A stretch of DNA of 64,000 bases from Cetorhinus maximus (Eukaryota). Under the pieces are notes generated by a model. That model was not told where the DNA came from. It searched no databases and was given only the letters and a program-made list of their open reading frames with translations. The translations under genes and the position numbers were made by a program. Position 1 is the stretch's first letter, and the number at the start of each line of letters is the position of its first letter. Shown here piece by piece: positions 1 through 10,050 of this stretch. The DNA lies in assembly GCF_964194155.1 (NCBI RefSeq), contig NC_135892.1, positions 79,174,001 to 79,238,000 on the forward strand. The letters are read 5' to 3'.

Positions 1-958
1 GTACAGAGGCTGTTCAGAGTTCCAATGCCCTTGGTTTGGAACAATTGCACTAATAGATTCAAAATGTCAAGTTCCCTGCTTGCAATTATGTCACAATATG
101 ATTTTACAGCTCTGCCCTGAACAAGCCTCCGAAAGACCAGGACGGAAACCAGAACGAGGCAACATTACAGTTAGATGAGTATTGAATTTAGGTTGCTTTG
201 GTGCCAATCTTACTGAACCCATAAGGTAATAAATACACTGTCTCGTTGTCTTGGCTTATGACATTAACTGAATGTCCTGTTATAACGGAATGTTAACACA
301 GCTGTAACTGCACCAAGTTTTCCAAATTCTAGATCAAACACCTGACCCACCATGGTCAACCCAAGGAGAAATGTTCAAACTCTGAATGGGTAAAGAATAT
401 ATGTGAAACTCATCATTTCATACATGAGAATTCAGTTAAGGAAACTTTGTACACTTGAGATGTAGGATTTATGGCCGGAGAAGTGAATTCTAATAAATTG
501 TTCCATCATTATTTAACATTATAAAAGTTAATGTTTCTACACTTGGTATATTCAATTTACCCATTATAACTGATTTGAATGATTGATTAGAAACAGAATG
601 TTGGCATTGACTTTGGTTAAGAAATTTTCATTCCTCCTACCCCTACTGCCACCCCTTGCCCCACCCACCAACTTCCATGAAGGCACCATGTCACTCTCTT
701 TCATTACCATTGTTCCTATTCATGCAGTAATGGAAGTAAAAAAAAAGGTACAAAATGCTTAATCAGAATTGTTTTTAATTAGCAATTCTGAAGCACAGAA
801 AGAAAGACTTGCATTTATTTAGCACCTTTTTCAACCTCCAGACAACCCAGAGCACTTTATAGCCAATTAAGCACTTGTAACGAATGTGGTAGCCAATATG
901 CACACACTGAGGTCCTACAAATAGTAATCAGATAATGGCAGGTAATTGGTTTTACTAG

Positions 959-2240
959 AGATAAAAGCAAAGAACTGCGGATGCTGGAAATCCAAAACAA
1001 AAACAGAAACAAATACCTGGAAAAACTCAACAGGTCTGGCAGCGTCGGAGCAAAGAACTGCGGATGCTGGAAATGAGGGCATCCGCCCTCACGCCTTCTC
1101 CTCCCTCCCAGAAACATGATAGGGTTCCCCTTGTCCTCACTTATCACTCCACCAGCCTCCGCATTCAAAGGATCATCCTCCGCCATTTCCGCCAACTCCA
1201 GCATGATGCCACCACCAAACACATCTTCCCTCCACCCCCCCTGGTGGCATTCTGTAGGGATCGTTCCCTCCATGACACCCTGGTCCACTCCTCCATCACC
1301 CCCTACTCCTCAACCCCCTCCCACGGCACCTTCCCATGCAACCACAGAAGATGCAACACCTGCCCCTTCACTTCCTCTCTCCTCACTGTCCAAGGGCACA
1401 AACACTCCTTTCAAGTGAAGCAGCATTTCACTTGCACTTTCCTCAACTTAGTCTACTGCATTCGTTGCTCCCAATGCGGTTTCCTCTACATTGGAGAGAC
1501 CAAACACAGACTGGGTGACCGCTTTGCAGAACACCTTCGGTCTGTCCGCAAGCATTACCCAGACCTCCCTGTCGCTTGCCATTTCAACACTCCACCCTGC
1601 TCTCAAGCCCACATGTCTGTCCTTGGCTTGCTGCATTGTTCCAGTGAAGCTCAACTTCAAACGCAAACTGGAGGAACAGCACCTCATCTTCCGACTAGGC
1701 ACTTTACAGCCTTCCGGACTGAATATTGAGTTCAACAATTTTAGATCATGAACTCTCTCCTCCATCCCCACCCACTTACCGTTTCTTCCCCCTCCTCTTT
1801 GTTTTTTCCAATAATTTATATAGATTTTTCTTTTCCCACCTATTTCCATTATTTTAAAATATATTTCCACCTATTGTTTTATCTCTACCTTTTAGCCCTT
1901 TTAGTATTCCTTCACCCCACCCCACCCCCACTAGGGCTATCTGTACCTTGTTTGTCCTGCTTTCTACCCTTAATTAGCACATTCCTTTAGATAATATCAC
2001 CACCTTCAACACCTCTTTGTCCTTTTGTCTGCGACATCTTTTGGTTATCTCCACCTATCACTGGCTTCTTGTCCCAACAAACACCCCCCCCCCCCCCACC
2101 TTAAACCAGCTTATATTTCACCCCTTTCCTATTTTTACTTAGTTCTGTTGAAGGGTCATGAGGACTCAAAACGTCAACTGTGCTCTTCTCCACCGATGCT
2201 GCCAGACCTGCTGAGTTTTTCCAGGTGTTTCTGTTTTTGT
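959..2240 (+). mobile_element. Penelope-like element, 5'-truncated, GIY-YIG endonuclease, short inverted terminal arm
   Basis: ORF 1064-1729 with NLVYCIRCSQCGFLYIGETKHRLGDRFAEH, frameshifted near its end. 961-1049 is the reverse complement of the element 3' end. 14-bp TSD ATTGGTTTTACTAG at 945-958 and 2241-2254. Confidence 0.9.
2141..2179 (+). ncRNA. Degenerate minimal hammerhead ribozyme motif in PLE terminus
   Basis: AGTT-CTGTTGA-A-GGGTC-ATGAG-GACTC-AAAAC-GTC-AACT. Core positions A6 and G12 are substituted. Confidence 0.55.
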
Positions 2241-2296
2241 ATTGGTTTTACTAGTTCTGGTAGAGAGCTAGATATTAGTCAGGATATCAGGGTGAA

Positions 2297-2535
2297 GTAA
2301 TACAAAAGCTCGATACTGCAGATGTTGGAAACCTGATATAAAAACAGAAAATGCTGGAAGTGCTCAGCAAGTCTGTCAGCAGCTTAGGAGAGAGAAACAG
2401 TGTTAATGTTTCAAGTCAATGATCTTTTGTCAGAATGATTTCTGATAAATGGTCATCCACATGAAACTTTAACTCTATTTCTCCCTCCATACATGTGTCA
2501 AGATCTGATGCATATTTCTAATACTTCCAGTTTTT
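2297..2535. mobile_element. Old ~240-bp palindromic PLE-terminus derivative with two opposed degenerate hammerhead motifs
   Basis: Arms are imperfect reverse complements centred near 2437. Degenerate TSD ATATCAGGGTGAA (2284) / ATATCAGAGAGAA (2536). Confidence 0.65.
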
Positions 2536-3239
2536 ATATCAGAGAGAACTACCCTGCTTACCTTTGAAATAGTGCCATGGCATCTTTTATATTCACCTGA
2601 ATGGGCCAGCACAGCTTTGGTTTAATATCTCACCTGAAAGTCAGCAACTTTAAAAGTGCAGCACTCCTCAGTACTGCATGGGAGTGTCAGCCTATATTTT
2701 ATGCTCAAGTCTGTGGTGTGGCACTTGATCCCATAACATTCTGACTCAGATGAGATTGTTACCATGGCTGAACAGCTATGATAAGTACCTTTGGTGTAAC
2801 ATTTAAGGGTTATAGGACAACACAATGTTTAACTGGTTTAATCTTGACCTTTTTGGTTGGAGAATCTTGACTTTGATTTAGAGATTTGCCTGGAGTGTGA
2901 ATGTCATGGCATAATCTTATCTGGGATGGGAAGGTAGTAAAGTTATTTCCATACTGGATTGGTTTCTTTTTTATTGAGGAAGATGGTCTGGACCTTGCAG
3001 CAATGCAACAATGTGTGGAATATGAGAAAACACACTCACTACTTGTAAATGTGACATCAATTTCTTTTGCTTACATAGTCTGATAATCATACATCTTAAG
3101 TGAGAAAACACCCTCCCTATCAGCAATTCCCATCTAACAAGCTTCATCCATAGTTCATGTATGATTATCCTATCATAGTCTTTCCTCCTTGCCAATCATT
3201 TCCCTCTCTCTTCTCCCCTCTTCTCTGCATTGATTCCAA

Positions 3240-3680
3240 GGAATGTTCTTTCTCCTGGGATGAAGTTGTCTAATGAGGAAAGGTTAAATAGTTCGGGCCT
3301 ATACTCCTTGGAGTTTAGAAAAATGAAAGTTGATTTTGTTGAAACATATGGGATTCTGAGGGGGCTTGACAGCGTAGATGCTGAAAGGGTGTTTCCCCTT
3401 GTGGGGGAATCTGGAACGAGGGGCCACAGTTTTAAAAATAAGGGGTGTCTCATTTAGATGAGGGGGGATTTCTTCTCTGAGGATCATTAATCTTCTCCAG
3501 CAACCAGGGGAGGCTGGTATATTCAAGGCTGAGTTAGACAGAGTTTTGATCTACAAGGGAGTAAAATGGAAAGGCAGGAAAATGGAGTTAAGGCCACAAT
3601 CAGATCAGCCATTGTTATGGAATGGTGGAGTGGGATTGAGGGACCAGATAGCCCACTCCTGCTCCTGTTTCTTAGATGTT
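3240..3680 (+). mobile_element. CR1 LINE 3' fragment
   Basis: LSNEERLNSSGLYSLEFRKMK...YGILRGLDSVDAERVFPLVGESGTRGHS is the CR1 ORF2 C-terminus, followed by the 3'UTR. Confidence 0.8.
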
Positions 3681-3829
3681 CTCCTCTACACATGCACGCA
3701 CCTCCGAGTTTGTATATGTGGAGGTTATCCAGAAGAAGTACTGAATGCAACCTGAATTTTTCAAGGGTGAATAAACATAGGGTATAATGAGAGAAAGACT
3801 CACACCTTTTACAACCTGAGACATACAAA

Positions 3830-4205
3830 AACACTTTACAATTCAGAAGAGCTTCATTGTACTCACTGTTTGTTGTTATATCAGAAAGTGTGGCAGGTAA
3901 TTTGCACAAAGCAAGACTCACAAATAATCACGAGTTAAATGGCCAGGTACTCGTTTCAGTGATGTTATTTGAGGAATAGACATTAGGTTGGAGAGCCTTC
4001 CTACTGGTAGCACCAGTATGGAAACTTTTATGTCCATGTGAGGCTTAATGTGACATCTGAAAGATGGCACCTTTGACAGTGTAGCACTTTCCAAGTACTG
4101 CACTGAAATATCAGATTAGATTGTATGTTCAAGTCCCTGAGGTGGAACTTGAACCCATGATTTTCTGACTGAGGCAACAGTACTACCAACTGAGCCAAGG
4201 CTGGC
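3830..4205 (-). mobile_element. SacSINE1-like SINE
   Basis: Minus-strand GGCTCAGTTGGTAG (A box) and GGGTTCAAGTTCC (B box), with a body shared with 2560-2775. Confidence 0.65.
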
Positions 4206-4564
4206 ACCACTTAAAGGTTACAAAAGCTTGAATCTATAAAGACATTAAAACATGATCCATCCCAAACCAGCAACAATAGTCCAAATAATACCGTGTCAAG
4301 ATTTGTTTTAATATTACATCTCAGCACTTACTCATGCTGACTAAAGACTTGGTATAGATTACTTTTATAAATGTACATACGAATATACATACATACATGC
4401 GAATTAGGACTCTACCTAGCAACAATGCTTTAGAAAACATGTTTAACTTCAAAGTTCACTTTGATACAACAAAAACTAAGACTATCAACAATTCATTGAC
4501 ATAGCCACAGAGAAACAGCACAATTCATCCTCAAAGTGTGAACCTGGACTTGGTGCAAGGGTAA

Positions 4565-4697
4565 TGCAGGCAGCATCTGTCGAGAAAGAGAAACAGCTTA
4601 ATTCTTTCTCCACAAATGCTGCCTGACCTGCTGAGTATTTCCTGCATTTTCTGTTTTTATTTCCGATTTCCAGCATCCACAGTATTTTTCTTTTGCA
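4565..4697 (+). mobile_element. PLE 3'-terminus remnant with small inverted arm
   Basis: GCTGCCTGACCTGCTGAGTATTTCC...TTTCCAGCATCCACAGTATTTT matches the PLE ends at 34420-34496. Confidence 0.6.
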
Positions 4698-5424
4698 GAG
4701 CTTATTGTAGTAGTCTGTATAATCTAATCTGGCTCATATTGATCCTGTAGATAAATTGTGATTGTATATAAAGAATATGCTCAGTAATACAAAGGTAACT
4801 ATCAAAACCTTCTCTCCACTTGAATCAATATGTCAAACTTTGTAAGATCTAGACTGATCAAATTTATGGAGTGCCCACATAAACTCATCAGGACAAAGAG
4901 CTTGCTTTTGCTGTTAGGCTGTTAGTAAATCTAACATCTGTGCTGAATCTGAGAAACAACACTAAATTTCCTTAAGCATTCTGACCAAGCATACATTATA
5001 TAGAGGAGCCGAGTTCATTGGTTGTTTTGCAGGGTGGTAAGGCAGAATCGAAAACATCAAGCTACTTTCGTTCATGTTGATTTTTCTACCTTTTAGAAAA
5101 GATCCTCCCCCCCTCGAAAAATACACACAAACATGCAGCCCTGCGTCCCTGGAAATATTCTCCAACAAAGCTCCTGCTGTATCTCCATGACACTCAAAAA
5201 GTGCAAAGATTTCCCGGATTTATAATCGGGATTTTAGCATTTATAATTAAAGATGCGCAATTGCTATATCCTATTTGTTGCTTGATAGACACATTTTCGT
5301 AATTAAGTAAAAACTTTTATCCTTTTTTTTTACGAGAATCATTTGACAAGGACGTTCTTCCTAGTAAGGTTTGCAACCCGGTTCGAATCTTTTTCGAGCT
5401 TGTGAGAATTATTGGCCCTCTTAC

Positions 5425-5671
5425 CTCTAGTGTCCAAACGAATAGGACCAGTGCTCCCATAGACTGCATCATGTTACTGTAATAGTTGAGGAGGGATTGC
5501 TTGCAACCTCGAGTCCACAGGTTCAGCTCTTCGGTCAGGAATTCGTAGCTGTAATGGGCTGAATTGTTGGTGATCTGCTGCTGGATACAGGGTCGAGGGG
5601 AGCCCGGATTGCAGCAGCTGAATGGGACCCCGTCCGTCAGGTATTTTCCATCAACATTGCTCTTAACACGG
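5425..5671 (-). CDS. PRPH2: Peripherin-2 coding exon 2 (247 nt; rest of D2 loop and start of TM4)
   Basis: Acceptor CCCCACAG|C at 5673-5672. Reads (D)[82 protein letters not shown], then donor GAG|GTAAGA at 5424. Phase is compatible with exon 1. Confidence 0.95.
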
Positions 5672-5901
5672 CTGTGGGGAAGAGATGGTGGGAGTGTTTA
5701 GGGCTCAAAACTTAACTAGCGCAGAAAAAAACTGTGGCCAATGCATTTTATATCTCCATTCCGTCCTTAGTGTTGTAACTCAATAAAGACACGAGTTAAG
5801 GCGAGGAGTAAGACATATCTTCCATGCACATTTCAGTAAGACTCATCTCACTGCACCCACCCGCCACCACCCCACCCCGCTAGTTTTCCTGCTCTACTTA
5901 C

Positions 5902-6482
5902 TCCTTCACCTCCTTGGAGCTGAAGTCCAGGTATCTGTTGCTGATCCACTGGATTTCAAACCAGTCTCGGAATCCATTGTTTCCACAGCAGCGAAATTCG
6001 ATCTGAAGCTGATCGATGGTTTTCTTCATGAAGCAACGACCTGGCGTGTCGGTGTCTCGGTAATATTTCATACCGTTCTTCAACCCCTTGGCCAGAGTAT
6101 CCTCCAGATAAAACTTCATCAGAAAACACAACAGCACAGTGAGGAAGGTCAGGAAAGTGAAAAACAAACAGGCGGCCAGGTAGAACTTGAGGAGAGATTT
6201 CCACCGGGCGTACTTGGCCGGATCGAGGGAATCGTAGCAAAACTTGCCCCCAAAGCAGTTGATGGCGCAGGCCAGGATGCCCACCAGGATCAGGGAATTG
6301 GGTACCAGATGGCTCTCCTCATTGTCCATCACCTCGCTTCGTTTCCTGAGCTCGATCTTAAGGAACAAACCCATTCCAAAGATAACAATTCCTGCCAATA
6401 CACAGAACCAGTTCAGGAGCCACAGCCCCTGAGCCAACTTGACTCGTTTCTGTAAGTTGAACTTGATTTTCAGAATGGCCAT
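5902..6482 (-). CDS. PRPH2: Peripherin-2/RDS tetraspanin, coding exon 1 (581 nt)
   Basis: Translation [25 protein letters not shown]...[55 protein letters not shown] matches peripherin-2. GT donor (GA|GTAAGT) at 5901-5900. Adjacent to TBCC as in other vertebrates. Confidence 0.96.
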
Positions 6483-6554
6483 TTTCTATTTACAACTGAA
6501 GTCGAATCAGTCGAAGTGGAAGAATGGCTTTGGGTAAATCAGTAAGATTCGGGC

Positions 6555-7130
6555 ATGGGTGCTGAAAGGGCAGGAGACAGTCCGCCTGAGATTAACTCAA
6601 CCTTGTGTCCCTCCATACTGACTACCCTAAAAGCGAATCTAAAATTGACACACGGATCCTATGGAAACTATGCGCTCTCCAATGTGCCAAGCCAGAAGGG
6701 GGGAAATAGTCCTCGTCTAAACCTAACTTTGGCGGTCCTTTCCCCGGCAAAGCAGATAGCTCTTCCAGAATGCAGTAGAGAAAATCTGAGACTGCAAGAC
6801 GTCACCTTAAAACCAGTAATAGGTTTTATCGCTAATCATTTAGAGAAAGCTCTGCCCCAGATGAGCGATTGAAATTAATCCGCATTTTTACCGTGTAATT
6901 GCTTTGCCCTCAAGTTGTCAGCGCTTGTATCTTCACCTGCAAGTTTCCTTGCGTTTGAAACGCCGGGCCAGGGTGTTAACCGAAAATTCTTTTCGCTTGG
7001 AACAACTTTATGGATCATTTATTATCGAATTAATATCGTGCACACTCTTTATGTGCATCAGGTTTACTCGTGTCAAATATAATGAAAGCAAAAAAAAAAA
7101 ATTCAACTTAATAAGCTAAGTAAGCTTAAA
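6555..7130 (-). promoter_or_regulatory. PRPH2 proximal promoter with CRX/OTX-type (K50 homeodomain) motifs
   Basis: TAATCC 6876-6881, CTAATCA 6832-6838, GAGATTAA 6588-6595, TAAGCT x2 near 7112-7126, and a TGCTGA Maf/NRL half-site at 6560-6565. Region looks repeat-free and lies directly upstream of a photoreceptor gene. Confidence 0.55.
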
Positions 7131-8289
7131 TATAGGTCAATACCCTGGAATGAACATTGAGATCAAATATAAATAGATCTCTACCAGTCGAGTCCTTTTA
7201 AAGCTGTGGTTCGGATAATGATCTGCACAAAACGTTATGTTTAGAGGGGGTTTATACTGGGCTAAGGGTTCAGCAGATGTTACTTTCTCAATCCTTGTAC
7301 TTCAGAATTTTATTTTAATTTCCGCACCTCTCAAAAACGGTGATGCACAACAATTTGCGTTTATATAGTACCTATGAATTGGTAAGTCTTCCTAGGGAAC
7401 AGTGGGAGTCAACAGAGGGGAGAAGCACTCAGTATTGATATGGTCTTATCTCTCTATCCCTCAATACAGTATATAATAAATACTGCTATCCCTGTTAGGA
7501 ATTTCTTTGTCTCTATCCAAGCCTTATTTCCAAAGAACATATCTTGGGTAGGGTTTAAGAGTTATTGAGGTTATAGACACCATGACCATTTGGGATCCAT
7601 CTACACTCCCTGCACAACAACCACCACCACCCCACCCCAACAACCTATTAACATACAGAGGCATACAAATAGGCCAATTGAATATTTTCACCTTGCATTA
7701 ATAATAATACATTTGAAAATGCTACTTAAATGAAACTCTTTGGTGGGACCTCGGATTCCATGGGACCGCCGAGCATGGGTGCTGTAGGCCTTGCATTAAT
7801 CTGCTGCTGATCTTGGGCTGAGATTGGGGCTGAGGCTGGATGTCCCAGGTGATACATGTATTGCTGAGCTATATCATTGGAAGTGAAGGACAGATATAAT
7901 TTCACCTCACATAACAAAGTTATGGGTGTATCTCAGTTAGCAGCCTTTTGCTATCTTACCCAAGCTGGTGATCCCCAAATGGTGAATTTCTCCATGGTGC
8001 CAACATAACACACACAATGGAACTGGTGCAGAAACTCTTGGAGAAAGAGAGACATTCAGGCAGAAGCTGTGGTTTATGTCAGAACTAATGATTTTAAAAT
8101 AAACAGGAGTAAGGTCTTGCAAAAATAAGTTCCATGAGTTGAGGTGGATTAAGAAGAAATTCCTCAAAAGAGTAAAATAAAATTTTACTGGTACCGTATA
8201 CTAGACTTCACTGAATGACTAGATTAGGGAAGTTAAATACATGGCCATAGATATGGTGCAGGCTTGAATGGTTCAAATTCTTGGATATT

Positions 8290-10050
8290 AGACCCAGCAA
8301 AGCCTTGTGCTGCAGAACTAGCCACACCCCCAGCCAATTTGTTCCAGTCTTGCTACAACACTGGAATCTCCCTAACAATGTGGGAACTTGTCCAGGTCTG
8401 TCCTGTCCACCAAAGGCAGGACAAATCATTTGCTGCCTATTACTGCCCCATCAGTCTACTCTTAACCATCATCAAAGTGATGGAAGATGTCAATGACATT
8501 ACTATCAAGTGGCGCTTACACAGCAATAGCCTGTTCACATATGTTCACTTTGGGTTCTGCCAGGACCACTCAGTTCCAGATCTCATTACAGCATTGGTCC
8601 AAGCATGGACAAATTAGTTAAATTCCAGATGTGAGATGAGAATGACTGCCCTTGACATCAAGGCATAATTTGACCAAGTGTGACGTCAAGGAGCCTTAGA
8701 AAAATTGAAGTCAATGGAATTCAGGGGGAAACTCTCTGCTGGTTGGACAATCATCTGTCTCAGGACATTGCTGCAGGAGTTTCTCAGCGCAACATCCTAA
8801 GACCAATCATCTTCAGCTGCTTCATCTATGACCTTCCCTCCATCATTGGGTCAGAAGTGGGGATGTTTGCTGATGTTTGCAGTGTTTCACTTGTGACTCC
8901 TCAGATACTTAAGCAGTTCATACTCACATGCTTTGAGGCCTAGACAACATTTAGGTTTGGGCTGATAAGTGGCAAGTAACATTCTTGCCCACAAGTGCCA
9001 GGCAATGATACTCAATGGCTTAGCATCCACACTCATTAGCATAGAGATTTCCAAAGACTTCCAATTCTTTGAATGAAGAGTTTTCTTCTCATCTCAGTCC
9101 GAATTGGCCAATCCCTTCTTCTGAGACTATGAATCTGTTCTCTAGATGTCCCATCTAGGGGAAACATTTTCTCAGCAACTATTCTGACAAGCTGCTTAAG
9201 AATTTTGTATGCTTCAGTTAGGTCACCTCTCTTCTTTTAAACTCCAGGGAATATAGGCCTGGCCTACAAAATCTCTCCTCATAGGATAATCCCCTCTACC
9301 CACAAACCAATTGAATGAATCTTTGTTGTACTCCCTCCAGCTAGGGCAAGTATGTCCTTTCTTCATTAAAGAGACCAAAACTGCACTCAGTACTCTAGCT
9401 GTCACCTTATCATTGGTCTGAATAATTGTAGTAAAATGTCATTACGCTTTTACTTCAATTCCTTTGTAACAAAATTTGTCTTCCTACTTGGTGTTAGTTG
9501 ATACTGGTTGGTTGCAGATTTGGAAGGTGCTTTGGAAGAAGCCTTGGTGAGTTACTGCAGTGCATCTTGTAGATAGTACACACAGGTGCAGTTGTGTTGT
9601 GCCAGTGGTGGAGGAAATTAATCATTAAGGTAGTGGATGGGGTGCTGATCAAGCAGAATGCTTTGTTCTGGATGATGTCAAGCTTCTTGAATGATATTGG
9701 AGCTGCATCCATCCAGGCAGGTGAGGAGTATTGCATCACACTCCTGAATTGTGCCTTGCATGCAGTGGGAAGGATTTGGGAAGTCAAGAGTCACTTGTTG
9801 CAGCCTCTGACTTGCTCTTGTAGCCACAGTATTTATGTGGTTGGTCCAGTTAGGTTTCTTGTCAATGGTAACACCCAGGATGCTGATAGTGGGGGAATTT
9901 GACCATGGTAATGTCACAGAGAGCTGGTTATTCTGTCTCTTGTTTGAGATCATCATTGCCCAGAACTTGTATCACACGAATGTTACTTGCAATATACTAG
10001 CCCAAGTCCGATGCTGTTCAGGTCATGTTGCATGCAGGCATGGTCTGCTT
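8290..10050. mobile_element. Cluster of decayed CR1-clade LINE fragments (+ 8290-9010; - 9040-9490; - 9495-10050)
   Basis: RT remnants (YCPISLL..IIKVME, HFGFCQDHSVPDLITALVQ, GVSQ..ILRPIIFSCFIYDL, MFAD) and ILGVTIDKKPNWTNHIN on the minus strand. Confidence 0.75.

Larger units (their letters stand above)
800..2775 (-). mobile_element. tRNA-derived Deu-type SINE (SacSINE1-like), split by two Penelope-related insertions
   Basis: L2-like tail AAAGACTTGCATTT at about 803 and tRNA-like head at about 2690-2775 on the minus strand. The sequence is continuous once 959-2240 and 2297-2535 are removed. Similar to 3830-4205. Confidence 0.6.

Noticed and set aside
1064-1729. GIY-YIG ORFs as host nuclease genes or a prokaryotic-type defence system
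   Set aside because: They are multi-copy, truncated, frameshifted and TSD-flanked, i.e. Penelope-like retroelement fragments.
4130-4205. tRNA gene (A and B boxes)
   Set aside because: It is the head of a SINE and continues into a SINE body. No intact cloverleaf is evident.
1-5424. PRPH2 exon 3
   Set aside because: No minus-strand segment resembling the expected GLRYL...GWLLE C-terminus with an acceptor was found by eye. It is probably outside the window.
5898-5901. Stop codon ending the 194-aa PRPH2 ORF
   Set aside because: The TAA lies in the splice donor (GA|GTAAGT), and the frame continues in exon 2.
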